DNA of 63,666 nucleotides, the filler included, from Octopus bimaculoides (Eukaryota), in NCBI RefSeq assembly GCF_001194135.2. It is 4 parts of 4 records of this genome, joined end to end, with 100 filler letters (N's around TTAATTAATTAA, not from the genome) between each part and the next. Parts side by side here need not be neighbours in the genome. Positions count along the whole stretch, not along the records: positions 9,042 to 39,933 come from NC_068981.1; 3 more parts are not named here. One strand, written 5' to 3'. The notes beneath the pieces were generated by a model. The model was not told the DNA's origin. It did no database searches and saw nothing but the letters and a program-made list of their open reading frames with translations. The translations under genes were made by a program, and so were the position numbers. Shown here one piece after another: positions 24,317 through 38,292 of the stretch (positions are counted from its first letter, which is position 1; every line of letters starts with the position of its first letter).

Positions 24317-26692
24317 TATATGGAATTATTTTTCAGTGGGATTTGATCTGTCTCAAATAGAAACTTACTAGGTACAGCAATTTGCGCACAATATATTTAC
24401 ATTTACAAATGTGACAATCACAACATAATGTTCACTCATTGGAGAAAATAGCTGAAATAGATTATTTCAGAATTATGAGAATGCTTTCATATGAAAAGTT
24501 CAACTTTTATCTATATATATTTTTGCGGTCAACCAACATCCAATAAACGATAATTATACGCTAAAATGTCCTTATCAAAATGTGTTGCTTTACTATCCAT
24601 AGAGGGCTACAAAGTATCACTTTGTTAATCTGATCTCTGTTCTACAGTTTTCTTTCTTTAGATGTAAAATAAGTATATTTTATATATCATTATTTTTATA
24701 TGATCAAAGACAGCAATAAATATCGTTAGAAATGGACACATTCACTGCATTAATTTCCTGTATAGAAATATCAGCGTCAAAGTTATTTTTTTTCTTTTTT
24801 TAAATATATATTACTAGATTTGTGGTGATAAAGATGTGTTTAGGCTAAAGAGATATATTGCAAGAATATATAGTATACATTTTTATAGATTAATTTATGT
24901 TTTCTCTACTTCCTCTGTATTAATTTTTTTTTTATATTTTCAATATTTTAAATATTCTCTTTATAAACAGAATTTCATTAATATTTAAAGTATATACATG
25001 TTCTTATCAGATCATATGTTATTATTAATCCGTCTGGAAATATGAATAAATGGAGAAAAATTAAAATAATTAACCTTACAGTGAATTACAAAGAGGAATA
25101 AACGCAGTTGAAATTGTTTTTAAAATTGTGAAGTTGCATTATATTTTTGTATATGTTTTCTTTATAAGAATATGGATTTTGGAAATGTATGGGAATGTCA
25201 TAATTATTATAAGAGGTCGAACACTAGTTTGAGAGATATATTATCTCCGATTTATTGTGAAAATGTGCATTAAATCTTGAATAATATAGCACTTACCCAT
25301 GAACTATATCTGACACAAGATCAAAATCACTTTAACGTTTTAGCTTGTAAGAAATATATATGAGTCTCCGAGTTGTCGTATAGATCTTCGTGCACAGAAC
25401 TGCCAATGGGTTTAATGACGCAATCTACTGTAATAACGTTAACAGTTTCAATGCCTGATCAAGGCAGCACATTGTCTCCTCCAGCAATACAAGTTATTTC
25501 AAGTTGACTGTCTATTCATCTAAAACTGCGTAACACTGCTAATACAACAACACCACCTTCCAGATGTCATAACCTGGATTTTCCTCTGAATCAACGGAGT
25601 GGGAATTGAATAAGTGTCTGCTTGTAATTGCATAGGCACATAAACCGAACAGTAATAACATACAAGTGAAAACTAATATGTCTATATACACAGATAGGGG
25701 TAGAGACGTTGTCCACGTTCGATATGAAAGGTTATGTTGGTGTATAGAAATTTAATAGTAGAAATAATTGTTTCCCTAGTTTATCACTCAGATATACGCA
25801 ATGATATCCGTATAGTTAAATTGTTTTTCATACTAACTTTCTCCGAAATGTTGAATGTTTTACAAGATTTCTGCCGAACACTAATCATACATAGAAACGA
25901 GTACATCGGTAGAATTACTTTCAAAGTGACAAATGTTGACAAATATTGCTTTGGGAATAAAGTCTGGATATGTGGAAATAAGGTTTTTCCCAGAAAATAA
26001 AATTGACACATTAGTTACGAAACAGTAAATGTATAGTTCCTGGTTGAAACACATGTAATGATTTTTAAAATATGAAACTGAAGTTATTTGGATTGATATC
26101 AAGACCAACACTTGGATTGCCAAGTTGACTGAAAGATATGGTATGTAAGAGAACGACAATCGGATCGGTTTTATAACATCAATACATAAAGTATAAACGT
26201 ATTTACATACAAAATCAGCTTAGTGCGTTAGATATATATTCAAAGTAATTATTTGCATTCAAATAATATCTCTAATTATAATGCAGAAGTGTGAAACATG
26301 TATAACGCTGCCAAAACGAGGTAGATATTTGAGCAAGCATGTCATTGCAATAGAGGAAATATAAATTATATTCAGGTGCCGTGTAAACTTTCTTAGCATC
26401 AGATGAATAGCGTTTAATATCCTTATTGCCAAACATCAATGCCTGCAACTGGCGGCAGGCGAGGACATTTCTCGTATATGTTGAGAATTACTTTTCCTTT
26501 TGATTGAAGTGATGATTCTTTGAAAGATAATCAATATACGCGGTTAATGAAAGATACTCGGAACGGTATTCATGAGTCAGTGGTTTGAAACGTACTCATC
26601 GGATAATATAGCAATTTTATTCTTATTTCTATTCAAAATACATACGCATGATAATGTGTGTGAGTGTGTGTCATATATAGGTATATCTCATT

Positions 26693-26723
<31 letters not shown>

Positions 26724-26752
26724 AGCATTGCACACTGCTATATTTGTGTGTG

Positions 26753-26792
<40 letters not shown>

Positions 26793-26819
26793 TGTGTGCG
26801 GCCGTGCGTACGTGTGTAA

Positions 26820-27115
26820 GGGTTGTTTAATGGTGTTGAATGAAACACCCATGTTTCCAGAGGTGAATTATCCAAACCCCAAGGAATTCCTCTCAACACA
26901 TGGCTATGATGCTCCCCAACTACTTCTACTCATGATCAGAGATGCACATATCGTCAGCCACTAAGGGACATGCTCAACTGGTTTAGGTCAAACAATTGAC
27001 AAGCAAATCTGTGATATTGAGCAGAATATTTGCTGTAGCCCATCTTTTATACCATGACAAAACAATGGACATAACGACATTTCCAGTCAATTAAGATAAG
27101 AAGCCATGAGAACCG
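26820..27115. mobile_element. Interspersed repeat, probably SINE-like
   Basis: Bounded by (TG)n and (GTT)n; only one copy in the window, recognised by recall. Confidence 0.35.
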
Positions 27116-27299
27116 TTGTTGTTGTTGCTTTTCTTTGTTGTTGTTGTTATTATTATCATTGTTATATAATTCTTAAACATTTGATAGTTTGTGGCATATT
27201 TCTACTGCATCACCATCTATACCTCCATGTTGTTGATGTGTGTGCAGCATTGATTTTCCTGTTATTTGGGAGTGCAAAAACTTTCCCTGTATAGTATTG

Positions 27300-27680
27300 C
27301 ATTTTTTCTCTTCATGTGTAGTGCATGTTTTTTGTTATATAATTGCTTATATTGTGTGTTGAGTGTGTAATGTGTTGGTTATTGGGGTTGCCAGTGGAAG
27401 TTTCTTTCACTGGATAACTTGTATATAATGTGTTTTCGTGCTTGTGGGTTGTTCTGTTAAGTTGTATTATTGAATTGATACTCTTGCGTAGGACATGGGC
27501 TGTACCTAGCAGAGCTATTTTTGGACAGTGTGTAGTGTTGAGGATCCGGATATAGCTTCTACATTTTAGTTCATGCTTTTCGTCAGGCCCATGCTCCAAT
27601 TATTATTGGTATTGTTCATGTCTTTTTTTATCATATCCAATGATCCCCTTATTATTGGTATTCATACCCAGTACCTTCTT
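27300..27680 (-). mobile_element. 3' end of R4/Dong-like REL LINE
   Basis: KIALLGTAHVLRKSI C-terminal motif; downstream (AAC/AAT)n tail at about 27110-27170. Confidence 0.7.
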
Positions 27681-27859
27681 CTTCTTCTTCTTCTTCTCCT
27701 TTTTTGTGGGAAAACCTCCACAATTTCCCCATCTTGATAAAAATAAAATGATATATACATTTTCAATAAAAACTTATATTAACAAGCGACCTGCAATAGT
27801 GTTCAAAGAACATTAACAGATGTTGTTGTGGTGGTGGTTTTTCCTTTTTTTTTTCTCAT

Positions 27860-28010
27860 TAAGGCGGTGCACACCCGGCGAAATGTTTAGCGGCATTTCT
27901 TCCGGTTTTACGGTCGGAGTTCAAGTCCAGCCGTAGCCGAATTTGTGCTCCATAATTTTAGGGGTCGATTAACCAAGTACTGATTGAACACCAGAGCCGT
28001 TTAATCGATT
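27860..28010 (+). mobile_element. Diverged family B SINE
   Basis: taaggcgg..cggcgaaatgtttagcggcatttc..ggagttcaagtcc..ggggtcgattaaccaagtac. Confidence 0.7.
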
Positions 28011-28090
28011 AATGCCTTCACACAAAATTAGAGGCTTTCTGCCTACAGTTGAAAAGCTTATGTTTATTATCATTGCTGTTATTCGTTTGT

Positions 28091-28437
28091 TCTTTTACTT
28101 GTTTCAGTCATTTGACTGCGGCCATGCTGGAGCACCGCCTTTTAGTCGAGCAAATCGACCCCAGGACTTATTCTTTGGAAGCCTAGTACTTATTCTATCG
28201 GTCTCTTTTGCCGAACCGCTAAGTTACGGGGACGTAAACACACCACCATCGGTTGTCAAGCGATGCTGGGCACACACACACACACACACACATATATATA
28301 CAACAGGCTTCTTTCACAAGGCTTTGGTCGGCCCGATGCTATAGTAGAAGACACTTGCCCAAGGTGCCACGCAGTGGGAATGAACCTGGAACCATGTGGT
28401 TGGTAAGTAAGCTAGTTACCACACAGCCACTCCTGCG
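28091..28437 (-). mobile_element. Family A SINE, near full length
   Basis: High identity to the 3295 and 40034 copies. Confidence 0.9.
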
Positions 28438-28441
28438 TTTA

Positions 28442-28444
<3 letters not shown>

Positions 28445-28516
<72 letters not shown>

Positions 28517-28580
28517 CATTGTTTGTGTAGTTGTTGTTGTTGTACTTCTTGTTCTTGTTCTTGTTCTTGCTGTTGTTGCC
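28445..28580. repeat. (TAT)n followed by (TGT/TCT)n
   Basis: Directly visible. Confidence 0.95.
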
Positions 28581-29249
28581 TTGTTCAAGGCAGGTGCATT
28601 TCAATGAATATTCAATGCTGAAGTGAATGTGTTATTTCTTATGATCCAAAATTGCAAATAATCTGTTATTATACTTGTCTATAAATATTTTCCTTCTAAC
28701 AATGAAAGACAACAATCATTGAGATAGTTTCATTTTACTTAATATTCCCGTATCATTTTAGTTTTTAAAATCTTAAATTCTCCAGGTGCAACTTCATTTT
28801 TCTCTCGCTATTTCTACACTGTATATTTCTTGAACAAGCGGACAGCATTTTGCTGAGCAGTGTCAGATAAATACAGTTATAAATTATGTTGATAAGCATT
28901 GACAGCTCTTACTATGCTTTCTCTCTCTCTTTCTCACACTTATATATATATATATATAATCCAAATAACCAACAGAACATCAAGAAGTAATGCAGTACGA
29001 CCGTTTCAAGCAGGTCCATTTAATTGAACAATGCAATGATTACATCAATTTAAATGCACGGCTATCATCAGCTGCAAAAATAAATAGAATTTTAATCAGT
29101 CAAACACGTTAATATAATTTTACTGAAATACTTTAACAGAGCAACAAGATGGAAGAAATCCATATTATCGCTATTGTAGCTAAGAATATACTATACTTCC
29201 AGGAAATTGCCAGCTTTATAAAGGAATAATTTAACCAAACACATTTCAT

Positions 29250-30700
29250 TGGGCTAGAACGTTTCAAGTTCTGGAGTGACATGCAACTGAAGCCAGGCGA
29301 AACTCCATGAACTGGCTGCGCGTATACGTCAAGATACTGCTAACAATGACTTTCCTCTCCGCTGGAGAGTTCTCCTAGCCAGTTTTTTTCGTTGATTCCC
29401 AGAGCCTCCCTCAGAATGTCGTGGTACTTCTCCACTAAATCTTTATATATTGATCAAGTGGAACATCCACCGATTCCATTGCCCGACCGGTAGAGGACTG
29501 TAAGCGCCTGACGACATTCAATGTGTCAGGCGCCATGTCTCACTCTTTTCTTCACCCAGAATTGCAGATTTGTCAATGAGACAGGCTGCTGAAAGACGTG
29601 TCTAGCAACTAGATCTGTCACATGCTCACCTTCCAGAAACTGTTGCGCGTGTCTACGCATCAGAAGCCACGGCATGCCTAAGCGGTCACTTAGAGAGTAC
29701 TGGCAGGAAACTGACCGCCTTACCCTTCTACTAGTAATTAAATGAGTGACCCGGTTCGTTATCTCATCCCAGATTTTATCTCCCTGAAGGTCAGTACCGA
29801 ACCATACCGCAAGCAGTCCAGCATCCATCGACGCCGTCTGATGGCGTCGACCTGCTTCTGAAGGTGCTCAGCCAGAAGCCTACTGGCTTGATTGCGTTGT
29901 CTTTGGCCCCTGAAACAGACTCATACTCTTTTAGAATGCTGTTGCCTGTCTCTCCTTCGGCAGCGTCCAACACTATGATGGTAATTTCGTCCGCGACGGC
30001 AACACTGCCTTCCCGTGTCACAGTTTGAATGTGATGCGCTTCAAGTGTGTCAGCTTCCGCAACTGTGACTCGAGAGCCAGCACATACAATAGAGGTGACA
30101 ACGGGTGTCCCTCAGGGACCAAGCGTGTGATTGGAAACGGTTCTGACAGGCGGCCGTATACTTTGTCCACTGAGAAGGTATCACTGTGCATTTCAGCGAT
30201 CCCACCTCTAAAATAGGTCCGAAACCAGCGACTTTCAGGAAGAAATCTAATTAATAATGGTCGACTTAATCGAATACCTTAGATTGGATTGATCCAAATG
30301 AATCAGAGTCCCAGTGGACCCAGCTTTAATTCCAGCCCTCTCTGTGTTGTATCGCATTAGGTGGAGGTAGTCCTAGATAGATACGTTCGGGATTGTGCAC
30401 GTTTGTGCTTCTCTGACTAGACTACCGACGACAAACTCCAACCTTTTTATTAACACCTTGGCCAAAATCTTAAACCCTGAGTTTAGCAGAGTGAGAGGGC
30501 CAATAATTCCCTAGTACGTGCCCATTGCCGGTGTCCTTCTTCGGCATGTTCAGCACCCCCCTGCTAACAGCACTAAGAATTCTACTGTTCTGTTGCCGCA
30601 TTCGTGCTTTGATTCAAAGAAATGACCAAGGGATATTCTCGCCTCTACCTCGGTCGAATATATTCTCATGGAAAACGGCGACGAGTACTAACATTTCCAT
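29250..30700 (-). mobile_element. Tx1/L1-clade LINE reverse-transcriptase fragment (dead)
   Basis: Minus frames: ..IQSKVFD*VDH.., TRLVPEGHPLSPLLYVLALESQLRKL, EIITIIV..YESVSGAK, LAVWFGTDLQGDKIWDEITNRV, LGMPWLLMRRHA. Confidence 0.85.
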
Positions 30701-30921
30701 ATCGTACACTTGATTAATTGTGAAGATATTTTCATATGAAGCTAGTGGTTGCTTTCTTAAAACAAAGTTATAGAATATTTATCTACCAATACAGTGTTGA
30801 GCACTTATTCTCATTCCGACATAATATTTACGTAATACATATACACACACATACACACACACGCTAACACACACACACACAAACACACGCACATACATAT
30901 ATATGTACATACATGCATGTA

Positions 30922-31135
30922 TAGGAGGGGTTCTGAAACGTATCTGCGTTTAAGGGATTCGCGAAAGGCCTGACTGTAGGTCCAGAAATCCGAATTCTGT
31001 TCCAGGGCTTTAAAAAAAAACTGAAGGTTCGCTGCAATAAGTGTGTAAATCCGAGAGGGGAATATGTTGATTAAAATCATAAACTAAACTTTCTGCATTA
31101 TTTATTACACAAAGCCAAGGTCTTTACAGCACCCA
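30922..31135 (+). mobile_element. Internally deleted mariner (ends plus last codons)
   Basis: RCNKCVNPRGEYVD* mariner C-terminus; imperfect TIR-like ends. Confidence 0.5.
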
Positions 31136-31307
31136 CTACTTCTACTTTTACGGTTCTTTATTTGACTGGAAAGTAATACATTCCTGTTGCAATATTTAAG
31201 TTTACATTGAAGACTTTTGCCCTGTTCATGATTCTATTCACGGCTAGGATTTCAGGCGAGTATACGGGCATTGATGTAGCAACATTTGAAATATTGTCCA
31301 GGTAAAC

Positions 31308-31372
31308 CTAGCTGAAGAAGACTAATCAAATTTACGATAACAAACGTATTTGAAGAGTCCGAAACCTAGGTA
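31308..31372 (+). ncRNA. Degenerate type I hammerhead ribozyme (Penelope-type), 3' strand of stem I displaced to 31751-31754
   Basis: ctag-CTGAAGA-agactaatcaaa..tttgaagagtcc-GAAA-cctagg-TA; palindromic stem III; G10.1 position mutated to A. Confidence 0.65.
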
Positions 31373-31581
31373 TTTTTACTTTTACTTTTATTTGTTTCGG
31401 TTATTTGATTGCGGCCATGCTGGGGCGCCGCCTTTAGTCAAACAAATCGACCCCAGGACTTATTCTATCGGTCTATTTTTTCCGAACCGCTAGTTTACGG
31501 GAACGTAAACACCGACATCGGTTGTGAAGCGATGGTGGGGGACAAACACAGACACAAAGACATATACATATACATACATAC

Positions 31582-31617
<36 letters not shown>

Positions 31618-31725
31618 ATATATATACAACGAGCTTCTTTCAGTTTCCGTCTACGAAATCCACTCACAAGATTTTGGTCGGCCCGAGTCTATAGTATAAG
31701 ACACTTGCTCATGTTCCCACGCAGT
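31373..31725 (-). mobile_element. 5'-truncated family A SINE with 27-bp TSD
   Basis: TSD gtatttgaagagtccgaaacctaggta (31346-31372) versus gtatttgatgattccgaaacctaggta (31724-31750), 25/27 identical. Confidence 0.9.
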
Positions 31726-33689
31726 ATTTGATGATTCCGAAACCTAGGTACTAGATTATCCGATTCTGGTTTCTCCATTTATCTAATGTTCTTCCTATTT
31801 CCAGTAAACTTTGGTGCCTTGTTGTACCACTACTCTCTCTCTCACTCTCTCACTCTCACTCTCTCTCTCACTCTCTCACTCTCTCCCTCTCTCTTTCTCT
31901 CTCTCTCTCTATATATATGTGTGTGTGTGTGTGTGTATGCATTTATGTATGTGCGTACGTACGTACGTTCGTATGTATATGTATATGTATGAATGTAGGT
32001 ACCAATGGCGTGCTTATAGATATTATATATTGTGTGTAAACGAATGTATTATTAATCTTGGATGATTGAAACGCATCTTGATTAATTGGCAATCATTATT
32101 TGTAATGACAGCAGTTACAATGGAGAAAACAATATTATTAATAATTCAATCTGAGGCCGAAATTACCGTGTGGCATCTATAAGGCTAAATCCACATCAGC
32201 AAAGATGGGAAGCTGTAGTGGGGATGGTGTACAGTAAATTATCTGGTTACAGTGTCCCCGTATAATATACTCCTAACCTATAAACAACGCGTTGGAGCCT
32301 TTCGGCCTTCAGCTTCTCAATTTACCAAAGATGATGTGTCAACAAAAACACTAGAAACTGTGTCAATTATCAACAGAAATTCTCGCGAATAAATGGAGTT
32401 CATCTATAGTCAAGACAGCATTCATGCACACGAGAGTGAAAACTCAAATGAAGCTGTGACATCTGGCAGTCATAACCGGATGTTATTCAAAGAAATTGCT
32501 AGGTGAAGGAATTACACACGCAGCAATTGAATAAGGCGTATCATACTATTTTGATGGAAAACTATCTGAAAGCTGTGTATGCAGGCAAGCATGTTGAAGA
32601 AAAAAAATCAGTTATGTGCTGACAGAAAATGACTGAAGAACGAAGCACGGTCCAAAGAAGAGGAAGATTAACACCTGTTGAAGTAAATAATATACAGAAG
32701 AATCAATTCGGCAAGGATGGTGATATAGAAAGAACGTGTAAAACATCATCCATGCTGAATATACGGCATAGAAGTAATTAATTTTGACACAAGAAAATAC
32801 CTTCTATATAGGCAATGATGACTGAATTGATGATATTAAGCATTTGCTGGAAATGTATGCAAATGATATGAGCATTGAAAAATATGTGATATCTGAAGAT
32901 TTAGAAGACAGTAAAGGGAAATATTTTGATCCGATTAAAGAGAATTTAAATAATAGTGAAAGCATAAATCCGTTGAATTTGTGATTCATTAAAAGGAAAA
33001 CTTGTAGCTGGAACAAAAAAGGTGATGCTGTGTTAGAACATGCTGTAACTACAAACATTTCTGACATCCTTAATTTAATCTTTGCTGCTATGACAGGTGA
33101 TAATTAAAGATGGGGTACAAAACACAAAGAGAAAATACAGTAAAAAGATCCATCGTATATATGAAGGACACTAGGTGACAAAAAGATACATGATGCAAAA
33201 TTTAGAAAGATTGGAAGCTAGAACAAAGGTGATTTTTACAGTGACTCAAGTTTCACTTTGAACAATACTGCAACACATATGAGAATAGACGCGGGGTTTG
33301 GTGTGCTCAGTTACAAACAATGAAAACGTAGAATGGATCAAATGAATCGGTGTAGTGCAGAGAAACAAAAGCTGTTCTCTACAACTAGGGATATATCGTC
33401 TTTGAGACAAAAGTTCAATCGAATTGGTAAATTTTGAGGATGAGCTGGGATCCCTTGCTCCCGGATAAAGGCTCTGAAATCAAGAAGCAATTAAGTGCAT
33501 GAAGCACTTTATCCAAAGGCGAAATATCAGTTGTTTATGTATGCAGCGGATATTTGTAGGGAGCTGATCTTTTAGCATCTGTGACTGAGAATAGAGAACA
33601 AAAGTCGGTAAAAAAAAAACTCCCTTTCAGAGAAAAAACAAGAACTATGTTGTAATGAGTATAGGACTTACATTGTAGGCTCGATCTGA

Positions 33690-34856
33690 TGCACAGAGAT
33701 GCTAGAGGAATCTTGAAGTTACATGCATAGTTCCACAGACATTAAGCAGTCGTGAAGCTCTTGCAAAGTGATGCCTATTAACTCCTCCAGCGTTTTTTTT
33801 TTATTCACCTCTTCCACATCTGGAAAACGTTTTCCTCTAAGGCATTTTTTCATTCGAGAGAAAGAAAGTTGCAGAGAGCAAGATCGGGTGAATAGGGAAG
33901 GTGGGTAATCGAGGTCACCCCATTTTTGGTCAAAAGCTGTCTCACACTCGGGACGGTGATCGCACGCGTATTGTGGCGGTGAAACCACCACTTTCTAGTT
34001 TGTCACAGGTTGGGGTGTTTTCGTCTCAGCGCCTCTCGCAAATGCTTCAGAACTGCCAAGTAAAATGTCTGGTTGACAGACCGACAGGGGGAACAAATTT
34101 TGTGTGGACAATACCTTTCGCATCGATAAAACAAATTAACATTCTCTTGACACTGGACTTCTCTTGACGCGCCTTTTGAGGGCCGTGGTGAAATCGAATG
34201 CTTCCAATTAACTTGATTGCTGCTTCGCTTCCAAATCAACTTGCAACTGTTCATTCAATTCAGGACACGCATTTCGTCGTAATTTCATTTGATCTTCCAT
34301 GAGTATGAAAGGTACAAATTTTGCTGCAACTCATTTCATTCGCAATTCCTCACTCAAAATCCGTTGGCAACAGCTCCAGGACACAACAGTCATATCAACA
34401 AGTTCGTCAATCGTTCGGCGACGGTCCTCCAAGATCAGTTCATGAATTTTCGTGATGCTTTCATTCATTCAGGAGGTTGATGGTCGTCCTGAACGAGATT
34501 GATATTCAAGCGTCAAGTCACCATTCCTAAAGTATGAAAACCACTAGTAAACTTGTGTTTTGCTCATGGCAGCGTACTTGTTAGCTCTTTGAAACATGAC
34601 TTTCTTTGAAACGAAACTCTTTCGGTAGCCGTTTTCCCGGCAGCTGTTCCTTCATTTCAGCCATCACAAAAATCGACGAACAGGAAAGCAGCAGTGCAAA
34701 ACAAAGACGCACAACGTGGCAGTACGATCGCAGAGGACGACGCCGGTCGGCAGACTGTTGCCTGAGGGACGCATCAAATAGCTTTAGCAGTGCAAGCCTG
34801 AACTGCAACGGGCTTGTCCCACAAAAATATGTTAGGTTCATTCGGGCAGCCCCTCG
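33690..34856 (-). mobile_element. Near full-length decayed mariner (DD34D-type)
   Basis: MAEMKEQ..SRSGRPSTS..ILEDRRRTIDELVDMTVVSWSCCQRILSEELRM..QTFYLAVLKHLREALRRKHP..DYPP(Y)SPDL..RMKKCLRGKRFPDVEEV; right end ccctcg|TA. Confidence 0.9.
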
Positions 34857-34921
34857 TATATTCTCGTATTAGTGAATCAAATATTTCTCTGAATTAGTGT
34901 CTTCCTGCCAGCTGAGCACCT

Positions 34922-34928
34922 TGATGAA

Positions 34929-34990
<62 letters not shown>

Positions 34991-35164
34991 CAAATTATGG
35001 CACGAGGCTAGTAATTTCCAGGGAAGGATTAAGCCGATTATATCGACCCAATTTCAACGACCGAAATGCCGCTAAGCACTTTGACCGGTGCGCAAACGAT
35101 TCTACCAGCTCGCCGCCTTAATAACAACAACCATAACAACAACAACAACAACAACATTGAAAAT

Positions 35165-35197
<33 letters not shown>

Positions 35198-35265
35198 AAG
35201 AAGAAGAAGAAGAAGAAGAAGAAGAAGAAGAAGAAGAAGAAGAAGAAGAAGAAGAAGAAGAAGAA
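34922..35265. repeat. (ATG)n, partial family B SINE (minus, about 34995-35120), (AAC)n and (AAG)n cluster
   Basis: Directly visible; explains the poly-M/K/F/R ORFs. Confidence 0.9.
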
Positions 35266-37035
35266 TATAAGCACAATTTTCGACGAACAATACTTCAATT
35301 TAAATTTGTCTTCGGTGAGTTTTGAATTCAGAATATAAATATACAAAATATGGGTAATACGAAATTTCGCTGTAAACATTTTTGCCTTAATCAATTTCTT
35401 TGTAAGAAAACTTTTATAGGAAAATTCACGGAATAGCAAAATTCGCTGGAGAGTTATCTGGAGGCTCATGTCATGTTTGTAAAAGGAAGTGACTTGACGA
35501 AAAAGAAAACGTGTGATTAAGATTGAGTAGAAGCAACAGAAATGAAGAAAGACTATAATGAAATTAATGCAAGATCCCAGAGACATATGGCTCGATATAA
35601 TCCGCAGCAAAATGTACATTATTTGCGCAGACTTACAGAATTTTAAATTACCTTATGCTTCTTTTTAATGTTTGACGTTAAGTAAAGACTTGCCTATTTA
35701 ATGCTTTTATAAGACATTTTATCATTTTTTTTTATTCTTTATTTTTAAAAAATTGCTGATAAGATGCTTTATCATTGTCCATACTGCAAATTTCACATAG
35801 GATGAATTCTCCGGTCACGGAAACAAATACAGTGCAGCAATTTTTTCCTACTCTCTAAAGATTCTACTCGTTACACAGCTTAAGAATATTAGTGAATCCT
35901 ACTTTAGTCACAAGGCCAGCAATTTTTGAAAGAAGGAAGCTAGTTAATTACATTGGAACTTAGTTCTAGGCCGTTATATTTTTTGTCTAAACTGGGTTGC
36001 GAGTGATAAGAAGCAAATTTGACGACAGAAAAGTTGTATTGAGAACGAAATAAAAATGTTATTACTACGACATTTTTCCACGTATAATAAAACGACAATC
36101 CTTCACGAAATCCAAATCATAATAGTAACTGACAGAGATTCATAGTAGTAAGGTAGAGGGATTTAACAATGACCGTCAGCATGAGATAAATTATTTACCG
36201 AATGTCTTTTCAGAATATTAACATAACTTTTCAACGTTAGTATACTTAGACAACAAGTCTGTGTCATGCAAATTGTCGATTTGACTTAAATAAAGAAGAT
36301 ATATTTCATGGGAATACATATTAGTTTGAATGTATTCATGAAAATTTATATTTTTACGAAGATCACTTCAATAGAATATTATGTATAAAGATTAATTTTA
36401 AAGAATAAATAACCTTAGAGCAATAAAAAAAAAACATGAAATCATACTATATTGAGTCATGTATTAATAAGACAGTTGAATTCATTTCTGTAAGATCTGA
36501 AAATATCCTGCATTATATCGAACAAGTAAAATCATTTTATAACTATTTCTTTCATTGAGAAAGAATTTTTCCCCTAATATCATAATTAAAGATAAATGTG
36601 GATAAAATTCGCTTTCATGGGAACACTGCAATCTCAATATTATTAATACAATATAGTACACACTCGTGCATACTGACAGACACATCCACAATTTTGTACA
36701 TAAATACATATATACATACATAAGAACATACATATACGGAAGCACACACAAACATACATAGTTAGATAAATATAGAAAAAACCAATTGATATTTATACCT
36801 AAATGTATAAATTAATGTGTATATACATATACATAAATATAAAGGATGGAATATTCCGTCAAACAACTATGTATAAGTATACATCAATAAGGTGCGCAAT
36901 TGTGCCCCAAATCACATATCGAATTTTTCAAGATCAAAATACATCACCCGTCCCAAGAACAGATCCCTCAGCCTTGTTATTATGAGTGCAACATGCTAAC
37001 CACGAGGACAGGCTTCTTCATTATGTATATGTACA

Positions 37036-37069
<34 letters not shown>

Positions 37070-37133
37070 CATATATATTCTTTTATTATTAATCTATTTA
37101 GGAATTGCGGCATCTATCGTATAAAAAATAAAT

Positions 37134-37169
<36 letters not shown>

Positions 37170-38216
37170 NNNNNNNNNNNNNNNNNNNNNNNNNNNNNNN
37201 NNNNNNNNNNNNNNNNNNNNNNNNNNNNNNNNNNNNNNNNNNNNNNNNNNNNNNNNNNNNNNNNNNNNNNNNNNNNNNNNNNNNNNNNNNNNNNNNNNNN
37301 NNNNNNNNNNNNNNNNNNNNNNNNNNNNNNNNNNNNNNNNNNNNNNNNNNNNNNNNNNNNNNNNNNNNNNNNNNNNNNNNNNNNNNNNNNNNNNNNNNNN
37401 NNNNNNNNNNNNNNNNNNNNNNNNNNNNNNNNNNNNNNNNNNNNNNNNNNNNNNNNNNNNNNNNNNNNNNNNNNNNNNNNNNNNNNNNNNNNNNNNNNNN
37501 NNNNNNNNNNNNNNNNNNNNNNNNNNNNNNNNNNNNNNNNNNNNNNNNNNNNNNNNNNNNNNNNNNNNNNNNNNNNNNNNNNNNNNNNNNNNNNNNNNNN
37601 NNNNNNNNNNNNNNNNNNNNNNNNNNNNNNNNNNNNNNNNNNNNNNNNNNNNNNNNNNNNNNNNNNNNNNNNNNNNNNNNNNNNNNNNNNNNNNNNNNNN
37701 NNNNNNNNNNNNNNNNNNNNNNNNNNNNNNNNNNNNNNNNNNNNNNNNNNNNNNNNNNNNNNNNNNNNNNNNNNNNNNNNNNNNNNNNNNNNNNNNNNNN
37801 NNNNNNNNNNNNNNNNNNNNNNNNNNNNNNNNNNNNNNNNNNNNNNNNNNNNNNNNNNNNNNNNNNNNNNNNNNNNNNNNNNNNNNNNNNNNNNNNNNNN
37901 NNNNNNNNNNNNNNNNNNNNNNNNNNNNNNNNNNNNNNNNNNNNNNNNNNNNNNNNNNNNNNNNNNNNNNNNNNNNNNNNNNNNNNNNNNNNNNNNNNNN
38001 NNNNNNNNNNNNNNNNNNNNNNNNNTATATATACACACACATACATACATATGTGTGTGTAAGCATGTATGTTATATATGTGTGTGAGTATACACACACA
38101 CAAGAGCATACAAACATGGATGTAATCATATATTACAGAGGAATAAGTACATAATTTTAAGTTTACAGCATATAATTTACAGTGGGGAGTCAATTAAACA
38201 CAGGGACAGGCAGTTT

Positions 38217-38292
<76 letters not shown>

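Noticed and set aside
36986-38193. ORFs over 300 aa in the track (also 6.2-7.0, 18.5-19.1, 60.5-61.2, 62.0-63.0 kb)
   Set aside because: Made of N-gaps and (TA)/(CA)n repeats
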